Shown here: one piece after another, positions 37,041-45,313 of the stretch | Layout: each line of letters opens with the position of its first letter | Numbering within the stretch: the first letter of the stretch is position 1 | Assembly (NCBI GenBank): GCA_905236005.1 | Contig: CAJONJ010000019.1 | Location: forward strand, 5,999-69,998 | Source: an uncultured Alphaproteobacteria bacterium | GTDB taxonomy: Bacteria > Pseudomonadota > Alphaproteobacteria > Rs-D84 | Length of the DNA: 64,000 nucleotides | Direction of reading: 5' to 3' | Notes under the pieces: generated by a model | Told to the model about the DNA's origin: nothing | Databases searched by the model: none | Seen by the model: only the letters and a program-made list of their open reading frames with translations | Made by a program: the position numbers and the translations under genes

Positions 37041-38324
37041 ATGAAAAAATATTTAGGTCTTTTGGCTTTGTTAAGTGTGTTACCAATGTCTGCGGCTTTT
37101 GGATATGATGAATACCGTACCAGCAGCAGTCAATATACAACCACTCGTCCATCTGGAACATACAAGAAAACAAGTTCAGTTCGTAGAACAGGTGGATATC
37201 ATAATACGATAAATAATAATTTTTATTATAATCAACCTGCTGAAACAACTGTTTCTAAACGCAGTCAAATGTATCGTGATTATGACAATACAGATGTTAC
37301 AAAATCTAGATATGTTGAAAGAACAGAACAGACATATTCTTCACAAGAACGTAAATATTTCTTAGCACATCCATTCTTTCAACCATTAAAAGGCAAATTT
37401 GGTTCTGTGACAGATATTGCATATGCAAAGAACAGTTTTAATTTTGATATTTTAAATGGAACTATACATGATGTAGATCCGTATTCTAGCACTACTGGTA
37501 AAAGTCAGGCTTATCTTAATACAGATATGTTTGGGGCAGGTAAAGCAGAACAATCTCAGTTTTTGGTCAAAGAAGATTTAAGTTTTGGTTTGACTGATAC
37601 TTTGGCTTTGGTTTTGATGGCACAATATGATTCTACTAAGACAAAATTTACGGATTTAGTTACAGGAACAGGTGAAGACAAAGATTCTGATTCTGGATTG
37701 CGTTTGTTTGGTATAGGTTTACAGAATCGTTTTGTTGATAATGATGAATGGATTGCGATGGTTACGGGTGTTTTCCAACATCAAAAAGATGCTGCTAATA
37801 CATTATCACTTGAAATGAAAGCAGGATATAAAATTAACAGAACAACTGTTTATGGGTTGGCACGTTTTGCATATTCTGATTTGATAAACGGTGAAAGTTA
37901 TGGTGCCATAGTAGCACATCCAGATGGTGATTATTTAGAATTATCTTATGATAATAATGTTAATGATGTTTTTTATGCAGAAGTGGGTGCGGGTGTATTT
38001 TCAGTCTTGGATAAATATTTCTATCTGGGTGGTGAATTAGTATTCGGACATTACGATTGGCATAATCAAATAAATATCAAAGGAACGATTGGTTTTCAAC
38101 CACGTGATTTCTTCGCTTTGAATTTGTATGCTTCAACCGCATTGTATGATTCCGCCGATAATAAAATAAGAACATATATGCAAAATGATTTGGACCCGGG
38201 TTATCCAACAGAGTTGGGTAATTTAGCAGGAACAAACAGTTCGCATTTCTATACAACCGGTGATTACAAGTTGGATAATTATAAAGAATGGAAAATCGGT
38301 GTACAGGCTATATTGTATTTCTAA
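37041..38324 (+). CDS. Outer-membrane beta-barrel protein (porin-like), function unknown
   Basis: Start re-called to the ATG at 37041 (AAAGGAG RBS; the track start at 37014 lies within or upstream of the predicted transcription start). Signal peptide MKKYLGLLALLSVLPMSAAFG. Alternating beta pattern and C-terminal ...AILYF. Confidence 0.6.
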   Translation: MKKYLGLLALLSVLPMSAAFGYDEYRTSSSQYTTTRPSGTYKKTSSVRRTGGYHNTINNNFYYNQPAETTVSKRSQMYRDYDNTDVTKSRYVERTEQTYSSQERKYFLAHPFFQPLKGKFGSVTDIAYAKNSFNFDILNGTIHDVDPYSSTTGKSQAYLNTDMFGAGKAEQSQFLVKEDLSFGLTDTLALVLMAQYDSTKTKFTDLVTGTGEDKDSDSGLRLFGIGLQNRFVDNDEWIAMVTGVFQHQKDAANTLSLEMKAGYKINRTTVYGLARFAYSDLINGESYGAIVAHPDGDYLELSYDNNVNDVFYAEVGAGVFSVLDKYFYLGGELVFGHYDWHNQINIKGTIGFQPRDFFALNLYASTALYDSADNKIRTYMQNDLDPGYPTELGNLAGTNSSHFYTTGDYKLDNYKEWKIGVQAILYF

Positions 38325-38342
38325 TTTATTGTTGGGTATAGC

Positions 38343-39197
38343 ATGATGAAAAAATATTTGTTGGTTTTGTGTGGGTTGATTGCTGTTGGTAATGCATTTG
38401 CAGAAGATGTTGTTTTAACGGATACTTATGCAGATGATGATACAGAAACAGTTGCGGTGACAACAGATGAAGAACCGTTTGTTGCACCTGTGACGGAAAA
38501 TTCCGTTGCGGTTAAACAGATAAAACCAACAGCCAAGAATGTTTTGGCAAATGATTTATCGGATCCTTTGTTTTTAACACCAGATAATGGTTTTTTGTCT
38601 GATACATATGTAAATTATATAGACAGTAAATTACGTCTGGGACAGGCGTTGAATTACGGAATAAATAATAATCTGGTTATACATGCAAATATGCTGTATC
38701 AAATTGATTTTACCAGAAATAATGAAAATGGTTTTTCCAGTACTGAGTTTGGTGGAACATACCGTATGAATCATGGTTCGGGTCTTTCGCACATTGTATC
38801 AGATGCTTTGTTTGGAATGAAAGTGTGGGGGTCTTCACATGTTAGAACACCAGAATATGCGGATTCTTCTTATTATGCAGGATTGCGTTTTGGACGTTCT
38901 TTTATGGGGGTAACGTTGGCTGGTACAGTAAAATCAACATGGGTGTTTGATGATAAACGTGGGTTGTCCTATATTGATTTTATACCAGAAGCTTATTTTC
39001 GTATGCAATATGATTGGCGGTTTGGTTTGGGGTTTGATATAAGAAAATCAACTGACAGATATTTGTTACCAAATCAAGAATGGTTGAATTTGAAATTGTT
39101 GCGTCAATACGGTAATACTCAATGGGTTGGTCGGTTTGATTATGAATTTGAATCAGAAGAAATACAAGTTGGTTTGAATATTAAAATTTTGTTCTAA
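38343..39197 (+). CDS. Outer-membrane beta-barrel protein, function unknown
   Basis: 284 aa. Signal peptide ...VGNAFA/EDV and C-terminal ...NIKILF. Confidence 0.55.
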   Translation: MMKKYLLVLCGLIAVGNAFAEDVVLTDTYADDDTETVAVTTDEEPFVAPVTENSVAVKQIKPTAKNVLANDLSDPLFLTPDNGFLSDTYVNYIDSKLRLGQALNYGINNNLVIHANMLYQIDFTRNNENGFSSTEFGGTYRMNHGSGLSHIVSDALFGMKVWGSSHVRTPEYADSSYYAGLRFGRSFMGVTLAGTVKSTWVFDDKRGLSYIDFIPEAYFRMQYDWRFGLGFDIRKSTDRYLLPNQEWLNLKLLRQYGNTQWVGRFDYEFESEEIQVGLNIKILF

Positions 39198-40450
39198 TTT
39201 TTTCTGAAGCTGTTCCAATAGTCAAAACGTTTTTTTATTTCACGTTCAAATCCACGTTCTACTGGTTTATAAAAACTGACACGTTTCATATCATCGGGAA
39301 AACAGTTTTGTCCACTGCAACCACTTTCTGTTTCTGGATCGTATATATAACCATCACTGTATCCAAGATTTTTCATCATTTTTGTTGGTGCATTTAAAAT
39401 GTTCTTTGGGGGCATTAAACTGCCTGTGTCACGTGCAACCCTGTATGAAGCCATTTGTGCTTTGTATGCAGAAATACTTTTGGGTGCAGTTGCTAGATAT
39501 ATCACTAATTCAGTCAAAGCTATGTCACCTTCTGGTGAACCCATACGTTCATATATTTGCCATGCAGATAGAGCAATTTGCATAGCATTTGGATCTGCTA
39601 AGCCAATGTCTTCCATAGCAAAACGTGTTAAACGACGCAGTATATACCGTGGGTCTTGACCAGATGTTATCATACGTGCCACCCAGTATAATGCAGCATC
39701 TGTATCCGATGCACGCAAAGATTTGTGAACTGCTGATATAAGATTATAATGTTCATCACCAGATTTATCAGACATTGGTGCACGTTTTTGAATAGTTTTA
39801 TCTAGTGTTTCTGGTGTTAAATCTTTCTTGAATTTTACACCAGAAATATATTCTACGGTGTTTAATAAAAATCTTGCATCACCATCTGCCATCTGGGCCA
39901 GATGTATTTTTGCTTCGTTTGTTAAAGGTAATTTTGTATCCAAAAATTTTTCTGCCCGGTTTATTAAAGTCAATAAATCTTCCGTAGACAATGGTTTTAA
40001 AACACAAATATGACACCGGGATAACAAAGCGTTATTTAGATTAAAACTGGGGTTTTCTGTTGTAGCACCGATAAATACCACAGTACCATCTTCTAGGTAT
40101 GGTAACAGTGTGTCTTGTTGTGTTTTATTGAAACGGTGGATTTCATCAATGAATAACAACGTGTTACGACCAATTTCACGATTCATACGTGCACCGTCCA
40201 TTGCTTTTTTTATATCAGCTGTACCAGAAAATACAGCAGACATCGGCACAAAATCCATATCTATGGAATTAGCCAATGCACGAGCAATAGTAGTTTTTCC
40301 GCATCCCGGGGGTCCCCATAATAACAGGTTTGATAAATTGCCACTTTCAACCATACGGTGAATAATACCGTTTTCACCTAATAAATCGGTCTGACCAACA
40401 ATATCGTCTATGGTTTTTGGTCTCATTAAATCAGCAAGTGGTCTGGTCAT
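39194..40450 (-). CDS. rarA: Replication-associated recombination protein A (MgsA/RarA AAA+ ATPase)
   Basis: 418 aa. LLWGPPGCGKTT, LFIDEIHRFNK and the MgsA C-terminal domain. Its stop overlaps the stop of the convergent upstream OMP gene. Confidence 0.92.
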   Translation of the reverse strand: MTRPLADLMRPKTIDDIVGQTDLLGENGIIHRMVESGNLSNLLLWGPPGCGKTTIARALANSIDMDFVPMSAVFSGTADIKKAMDGARMNREIGRNTLLFIDEIHRFNKTQQDTLLPYLEDGTVVFIGATTENPSFNLNNALLSRCHICVLKPLSTEDLLTLINRAEKFLDTKLPLTNEAKIHLAQMADGDARFLLNTVEYISGVKFKKDLTPETLDKTIQKRAPMSDKSGDEHYNLISAVHKSLRASDTDAALYWVARMITSGQDPRYILRRLTRFAMEDIGLADPNAMQIALSAWQIYERMGSPEGDIALTELVIYLATAPKSISAYKAQMASYRVARDTGSLMPPKNILNAPTKMMKNLGYSDGYIYDPETESGCSGQNCFPDDMKRVSFYKPVERGFEREIKKRFDYWNSFRKN

Positions 40451-40488
40451 AATACAGTTACTTTTGTTTTCGTTATTTTATTTATTTA

Positions 40489-40497
40489 TGGTATAAT
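40489..40497 (+). promoter_or_regulatory. Extended -10 promoter for ybeY-lnt
   Basis: TGGTATAAT (TG 40489-40490, TATAAT 40492-40497). Confidence 0.45.
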
Positions 40498-40560
40498 AAT
40501 CTTATTAAATAATTAGGTGTTTATCAAGGTTAAAACAAGAAAAAACAGGGCAGGTGTGTT

Positions 40561-42573
40561 ATGCGTGTATATGTAAATTATGAAAATAAAAAATGGAAAA
40601 AATATAATATTGATTTTGAAAAAATAGCATCTGCGGCTGTTCCTGCTGTATATAAAAATTCAGAAGTATCAATAACATTGGTTGATGATAAACAAATTCA
40701 TCAATTAAACAAACAATATCGTGGTATAGACAAACCAACAAATGTTTTGTCTTTTGAATTACAAGATGATGTTTTATTAGGTGATATTTTTATTTCATTA
40801 GATACCGTTGCTAAGGAAGCAGATGCAGCAAATATATCCATAGAAGAACATACTGCACATATGATTGTACATGGTATGTTACATTTACAAGGATATGACC
40901 ATTTAACTGATAAAGAAGCTGAAGTAATGGAGAATAAAGAAATTAGAATTTTAAAACAACTGGGTTATAAAAATCCATATGAAGAATGCTGTTGTGAATG
41001 CGAATATGGTTGTTGTTGTTGTGCGTTAGCACATAAAATTGCGTCTATAAAGATTAGAGAAAATAGTTTGTGGCAATACGTTTGCAGTGCTGTGTTTGGT
41101 GTTATGTGTTCATTTGGTTTTGCACCGTTTAATTTATGGATGTTGTCTGTTTTTGGTATAGGCGGTATGTATTATTTGATGGTTAAATCTACACGTGATA
41201 TAAGTTTTTTTAAATCATGGTTAACAGCTTTTCCGTTTGGTGCGTTTTATGGTATGGCTATGTTTTGGTGGGTTTTGCATTCCATTTATGTTATCCCAGA
41301 ATTAGCCAAACAATTTGCTGTTTGGACGATACCAGGTTTGTTGGGAATTGGTTTAATTTGTGGAATTATATTATCAATTCCGTTTGCTGTTATTCGCTAT
41401 GTGTCAATAAAGCCGGCGTATAGGGCGATTTTATTTGCAACAACTTGGACTTTGGTTTTATGGTTGCGTGAATGGTTTTTAACTGGTTTTCCGTGGAATC
41501 CAATATCAAATATCACAATGACTTTGCCAATGGTGATTAATTCTATGGCATTGTGGGGGGCATTAGGTTTGTCTTTTGTAATCATTGGGTTGATTGCTAG
41601 TTTTATAGAGTTAATAAAAAATAAGAAATGTAAATCATGTTGGTTTGTTTTTGTGATGTATGTTGTTTTGTTTTTGGGTGGATGTTCATATGGGTATTTT
41701 AATATGAAACAATCTACAATGAATAATATTGATAATGCACCGTTGATAAGAATTGTGCAACCGGCAGAATCTGCTGTATACAAGATGCCGAAGTCTAGAC
41801 AAGAAGCTCAAGAAATCGCAGAACAAAAAGTGAAAGATTTAATTACATGGGCTAAATCCGATAATAATATTTTGCCAGATATTATTGTGTATCCAGAAAC
41901 AGCATATCCGTATGTGATTGTTGATGATAAATTCCCACTGTCACGTGTATTAAACACAAATGTTATTATGGGAACAAACAGTTTTAAAGATGGCAATATG
42001 TATAATTCTATGATGTTTGCTGATAGAAACGGCTTTGTGAAACATTTGTACAGTAAATCTCATTTGGTTCCATTTGGCGAATACAGACCGTTTGGTGATA
42101 TTATTCCAACACCTGGTCAATTAACACCAGGAAATGGCAAAGAAATTATTGATATATCAACAAACAAAGGTGTTTTTGCTGTTGCACCTGCTGTGTGTTA
42201 TGAAATTATTTTTACAGATTCTTTGGTTCCAAAGGGAACAAATCCTGATGCGGTTATAAATATTACAAATGATACCTGGTTTGGACGAACACCTGGTGTT
42301 TATCAACATTTGGATATGGTCAGACGTTATGCTATTGAATCTGGTTTGCCAATTGTTCGGGCAAATTATTCTGGAATCAGTGCGTTTATTATGCCTGATG
42401 GAAATGTGGAATCTGTATTGCCCGTTGGTCAAAACGGACATCTTGACGGCTTTGTCTGGGGAAAACACAAAACACCATATAGAATAATTGGACGAGATTT
42501 GTTAATGCTGATTATTTTGTTGTTTTCAACAGTTGTTTCAATATCCATATCCGTGTTTCAGAAGAAAGATTAG
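40561..42573 (+). CDS. Fusion protein: YbeY endoribonuclease (N-terminal ~140 aa) + apolipoprotein N-acyltransferase Lnt (C-terminal ~510 aa)
   Basis: Single 670-codon frame. YbeY zinc motif HGMLHLQGYDH and ...LGYKNPY end, then linker EECCCECEYGCCCC, then Lnt TM core with catalytic E/K/C context (VYPETAYP, SKSHLVPFGEY, AVCYEIIF). Confidence 0.8.
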   Translation: MRVYVNYENKKWKKYNIDFEKIASAAVPAVYKNSEVSITLVDDKQIHQLNKQYRGIDKPTNVLSFELQDDVLLGDIFISLDTVAKEADAANISIEEHTAHMIVHGMLHLQGYDHLTDKEAEVMENKEIRILKQLGYKNPYEECCCECEYGCCCCALAHKIASIKIRENSLWQYVCSAVFGVMCSFGFAPFNLWMLSVFGIGGMYYLMVKSTRDISFFKSWLTAFPFGAFYGMAMFWWVLHSIYVIPELAKQFAVWTIPGLLGIGLICGIILSIPFAVIRYVSIKPAYRAILFATTWTLVLWLREWFLTGFPWNPISNITMTLPMVINSMALWGALGLSFVIIGLIASFIELIKNKKCKSCWFVFVMYVVLFLGGCSYGYFNMKQSTMNNIDNAPLIRIVQPAESAVYKMPKSRQEAQEIAEQKVKDLITWAKSDNNILPDIIVYPETAYPYVIVDDKFPLSRVLNTNVIMGTNSFKDGNMYNSMMFADRNGFVKHLYSKSHLVPFGEYRPFGDIIPTPGQLTPGNGKEIIDISTNKGVFAVAPAVCYEIIFTDSLVPKGTNPDAVINITNDTWFGRTPGVYQHLDMVRRYAIESGLPIVRANYSGISAFIMPDGNVESVLPVGQNGHLDGFVWGKHKTPYRIIGRDLLMLIILLFSTVVSISISVFQKKD

Positions 42574-42724
42574 ATTCTGGTTTTCGGTTGTCATCAATTT
42601 GTTTGATAATTGCTGCAACAGATGTGTTTTGTTGTTTTGCTATTGTTTGTAATATATCAAAAAATTCTTTTTCCAAAGATATACTGGTTTGATGTCCCGA
42701 TAAAGATATAGATATTTTATGCAT
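42512..42724 (-). CDS. Ribbon-helix-helix protein (RHH_4-like), last gene of the four-gene operon
   Basis: The track start at 42751 is a TTG. I prefer the ATG at 42724, 2 nt after the upstream stop. MHKISISLSGHQTSISLEKEFFDILQTIAKQQNTSVAAIIKQID...NLSSETRIWIL fits the RHH_4 pattern. Confidence 0.6.
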   Translation of the reverse strand: MHKISISLSGHQTSISLEKEFFDILQTIAKQQNTSVAAIIKQIDDNRKPESNLSSETRIWILKQLLKTTK

Positions 42725-42726
42725 GT

Positions 42727-43161
42727 TTATATTTTCCCAACAATCAAACAATCCATCATAGCACGATATGGATCATCGTATTTACGTAATGTAGATAAAG
42801 TTAAATTGTCCAGCATAAAGCAGTTGCCTAAGGCATCTGTGGCAAACCAGAATAAATCATTACGACCAAACACTGTTTTACCAACCAGTTTTTTGTTACC
42901 GATTATTTCTTTGTTTATGTCAATTATAGATGGTAACGGATATTTGATACCTCTGTCATTTTCAACTGGACCAAAAATACAAGCAGACCCAAATGTTATT
43001 CCAGAACAAGAATAATACAAATCAATCAAAAAGCTTGGTAACATAGCAGCACCAATGTCTTTTAGATATGTATTTGCAATATTGATTTTGTTGCTGTCAT
43101 GAACAGGCATAACAATTGCACCTTTGGATTTTATCAAAGATATAAAATTTTCTGTTGTCAT
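42727..43161 (-). CDS. SUKH/SMI1-KNR4-like protein (candidate immunity protein)
   Basis: 144 aa. ...IGAAMLPSFLIDLYYSCSGITFG... and ...FGRNDLFWFATDALGNCFMLD... resemble SUKH signature segments. The ATG directly abuts the upstream TAA. Confidence 0.45.
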   Translation of the reverse strand: MTTENFISLIKSKGAIVMPVHDSNKINIANTYLKDIGAAMLPSFLIDLYYSCSGITFGSACIFGPVENDRGIKYPLPSIIDINKEIIGNKKLVGKTVFGRNDLFWFATDALGNCFMLDNLTLSTLRKYDDPYRAMMDCLIVGKI

Positions 43162-43668
43162 TTATTCGTTTCCTCGTCCAGATACAAATTGGACAGCAGA
43201 TTGTGTTAATCTGTCTGATGTCGCATTTCCACTGGTGCTGTTGATTGAAGATGTTGTTGTTACATAGATCTTTTTAGCAGGATTTGGTAGAAATATAGTT
43301 GTTGCATCGCTTTGTTCAATAATAAATCTGTCCAAATTATGGCTTTGTGGAAAAGTTAAGCACATAAACATATTGTCTATATTTAATTTTCCACCCCAAA
43401 TCAAAGGTATTCTGAAGCGTAAAGATGTATTTTCTGGCATATGTTTACCCATTATTAAATTCATAAATTCTTCTTGGGGTAAATTCATAAATGCGATTTC
43501 ATCAAAAGAATCTGTCAAAGAAGCCATAAATTCACGGCGAAGCATGGAATATTTTTGAAACCAATCGCTGTCAATTACACAACGATTTGGGGTGTACTCC
43601 AGAACAGGCATATCATCCATACCAAGTGCTGCTAAGCGTGCCAGTGCTGAATCATGATTGAATTGCAT
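43162..43668 (-). CDS. Hypothetical soluble protein with a degenerate HNH/colicin-DNase-like segment
   Basis: 168 aa. RFRIPLIWGGKLNIDNMFMCLTFPQSH resembles the ..HH..P....GG....DN.....P..H core, but the HH positions are R/F. AAAGGA RBS. Confidence 0.4.
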   Translation of the reverse strand: MQFNHDSALARLAALGMDDMPVLEYTPNRCVIDSDWFQKYSMLRREFMASLTDSFDEIAFMNLPQEEFMNLIMGKHMPENTSLRFRIPLIWGGKLNIDNMFMCLTFPQSHNLDRFIIEQSDATTIFLPNPAKKIYVTTTSSINSTSGNATSDRLTQSAVQFVSGRGNE

Positions 43669-43682
43669 TTAATTAAAATCCT

Positions 43683-44600
43683 TTATACGTTTTTGATATA
43701 TTGAATGATTGTATCAATATAATCAGAATATGCATCAAAATTTTCTTGGTCTGATTCAGGTATTTCTGCACCCTGACTTTGTGATATAAATTCAGCCAAT
43801 TCATCAATGGTGTGGAATACAAAAATACTGTCTGTTGAATTATATGTATGTTTTGTATCTAACATAAATGCATACAAAGTAATGGGAATATCTGGTAATG
43901 TTTCTTTGAATACAGATTTCAATTTATCAATTGCATGTTGAAGTACATTTATATCGCAATCAGTGGCACCAATCCATGCAACTTCGTTGTTACCAATAGC
44001 AAACAAGTTTGGTGTAAAACCAGAAATAGTAGGATTTGTTTTTACTAAATATGCATTATTGGTGAAAATTTCTGCTATTTGTTCATCATATATAGTAACC
44101 CGATTCGCAGAACTAGGTGCGGGTTGTTGTTTTGGTGCTGAAACAGGTTGTTGTGCATCTGTATTCTGGTATTTTGCCGCTGCGATGGCAGCCATATTTT
44201 GCGGCAAGTGCAATTTTGGTGGTTGAGATATTGATACAGCTGGTTTTGATACAGGGGCAGGTGTATCAATTTTTTTTGTTTCGTTTATTGGTGCTGTATG
44301 TGTAACCGTTTGTTCTGGTGCGTTTTTTGTGTTTTTGGTTTGTTTTTTGAATATTTTACGGAAATTTGGTCTGAATATAATATAAGAGCCAAAAATAAAC
44401 AAAAATACAGCTAATCCAACAGAAATATAAAAAACGTTATTTACTGGTATATGTGCAGCCTGTAATTTTGCCAATTCATTCCAGTGTTGGGCAGAAAACA
44501 AATTAAAACTGAATTTGATGTTTAACCAAAAAGCCAACCCCAGCAATACAGATGTGCCTAATAATATCACTGATAAAAATGATTCTAGGTATTTCTTCAT
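43683..44600 (-). CDS. Membrane protein: 2 TM + basic patch + P/Q/A-rich linker + unknown ~140-aa C-terminal domain
   Basis: 305 aa. TM helices around residues 5-27 and 56-78, linker APINETKKIDTPAPVSKPAVSISQPPKLHLPQ...QQPVSAPKQQPAPSS, and a C-terminal alpha/beta-looking domain with no motif I recognise. Confidence 0.6.
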   Translation of the reverse strand: MKKYLESFLSVILLGTSVLLGLAFWLNIKFSFNLFSAQHWNELAKLQAAHIPVNNVFYISVGLAVFLFIFGSYIIFRPNFRKIFKKQTKNTKNAPEQTVTHTAPINETKKIDTPAPVSKPAVSISQPPKLHLPQNMAAIAAAKYQNTDAQQPVSAPKQQPAPSSANRVTIYDEQIAEIFTNNAYLVKTNPTISGFTPNLFAIGNNEVAWIGATDCDINVLQHAIDKLKSVFKETLPDIPITLYAFMLDTKHTYNSTDSIFVFHTIDELAEFISQSQGAEIPESDQENFDAYSDYIDTIIQYIKNV

Positions 44601-44609
44601 TTTGTTTTC

Positions 44610-44618
44610 ATTGTACCA
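44610..44618 (-). promoter_or_regulatory. Extended -10 promoter for the four-gene operon (near-leaderless)
   Basis: The minus strand reads TGGTACAAT. Only 9 nt separate the -10 hexamer from the ATG at 44600. Confidence 0.4.
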
Positions 44619-44641
44619 TATTTTATGATAAACTTAAACAC

Positions 44642-45313
44642 ATGATTGAAGCAAATGAAATTTTTTCAGATAACGATAAACGTATTGCGTTGAGTTGTGA
44701 TATTGCTGGTGATACATCAGATTTAGCTAATTTAGCGAACGAGATATTAGAAAATCATATAGATTTAATATCTGTGTCGCCAGATGTTGTCAGTTTTATT
44801 TGGACTTGTCTTGAAAAATCCAAAGTTAAAATATTGGTCCGATTTGATTTTAATCCGTTGCAAAAAAATATAGATAAAAATATATACGAATTAGCCGAAC
44901 AAATTACAGCTGTATGGAAGCATGGTGCAACTGGTGTGCAGGTTTCTATGAAACCAAATGATTTTATTTATTTTTCTGATGCTATTTTACCTGTGCGAGA
45001 TGATTTGTTTTTTGAACATGATTTATGTATAGGTTTTGATATAAAACATATTGGTATATCAGATTGGGATATGATATTTGATAAATTACGCTCTATACGG
45101 GCAAATTCCTTGTTTTTAACGTTGGGTGAAGATATGGGAAACAGGTCTGATTTTGTGGGCAGGGTATATGGTATGTTATCAAAGTGGAATTTTGATGGAC
45201 AATTATATTTTGGATTATCTAATGATTATGAACGTATAGACCAAGCGATTCGTTTAATAGAATCTGAAAAACCTGAATTATCAGAACGGGTGCGTTTCTT
45301 TTTGGATTGTTAA
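44642..45313 (+). CDS. Hypothetical protein, possibly a degenerate DeoC-like (aldolase-type TIM barrel) fold
   Basis: The track start at 44552 overlaps the divergent gene, so I prefer the ATG at 44642 (223 aa). Weak pattern similarity to the DeoC N-terminal half; the Schiff-base Lys context is not seen. Confidence 0.45.
   Translation: MIEANEIFSDNDKRIALSCDIAGDTSDLANLANEILENHIDLISVSPDVVSFIWTCLEKSKVKILVRFDFNPLQKNIDKNIYELAEQITAVWKHGATGVQVSMKPNDFIYFSDAILPVRDDLFFEHDLCIGFDIKHIGISDWDMIFDKLRSIRANSLFLTLGEDMGNRSDFVGRVYGMLSKWNFDGQLYFGLSNDYERIDQAIRLIESEKPELSERVRFFLDC

Noticed and set aside
40981-41070. Interpreting the ybeY-lnt junction as a sequencing frameshift or pseudogene
   Set aside because: Both domains keep all their catalytic motifs in the same continuous frame, with no stop in 670 codons. 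The (TGT)4 repeat is trinucleotide, so slippage would stay in frame. I kept the fusion call but flagged read-level verification.
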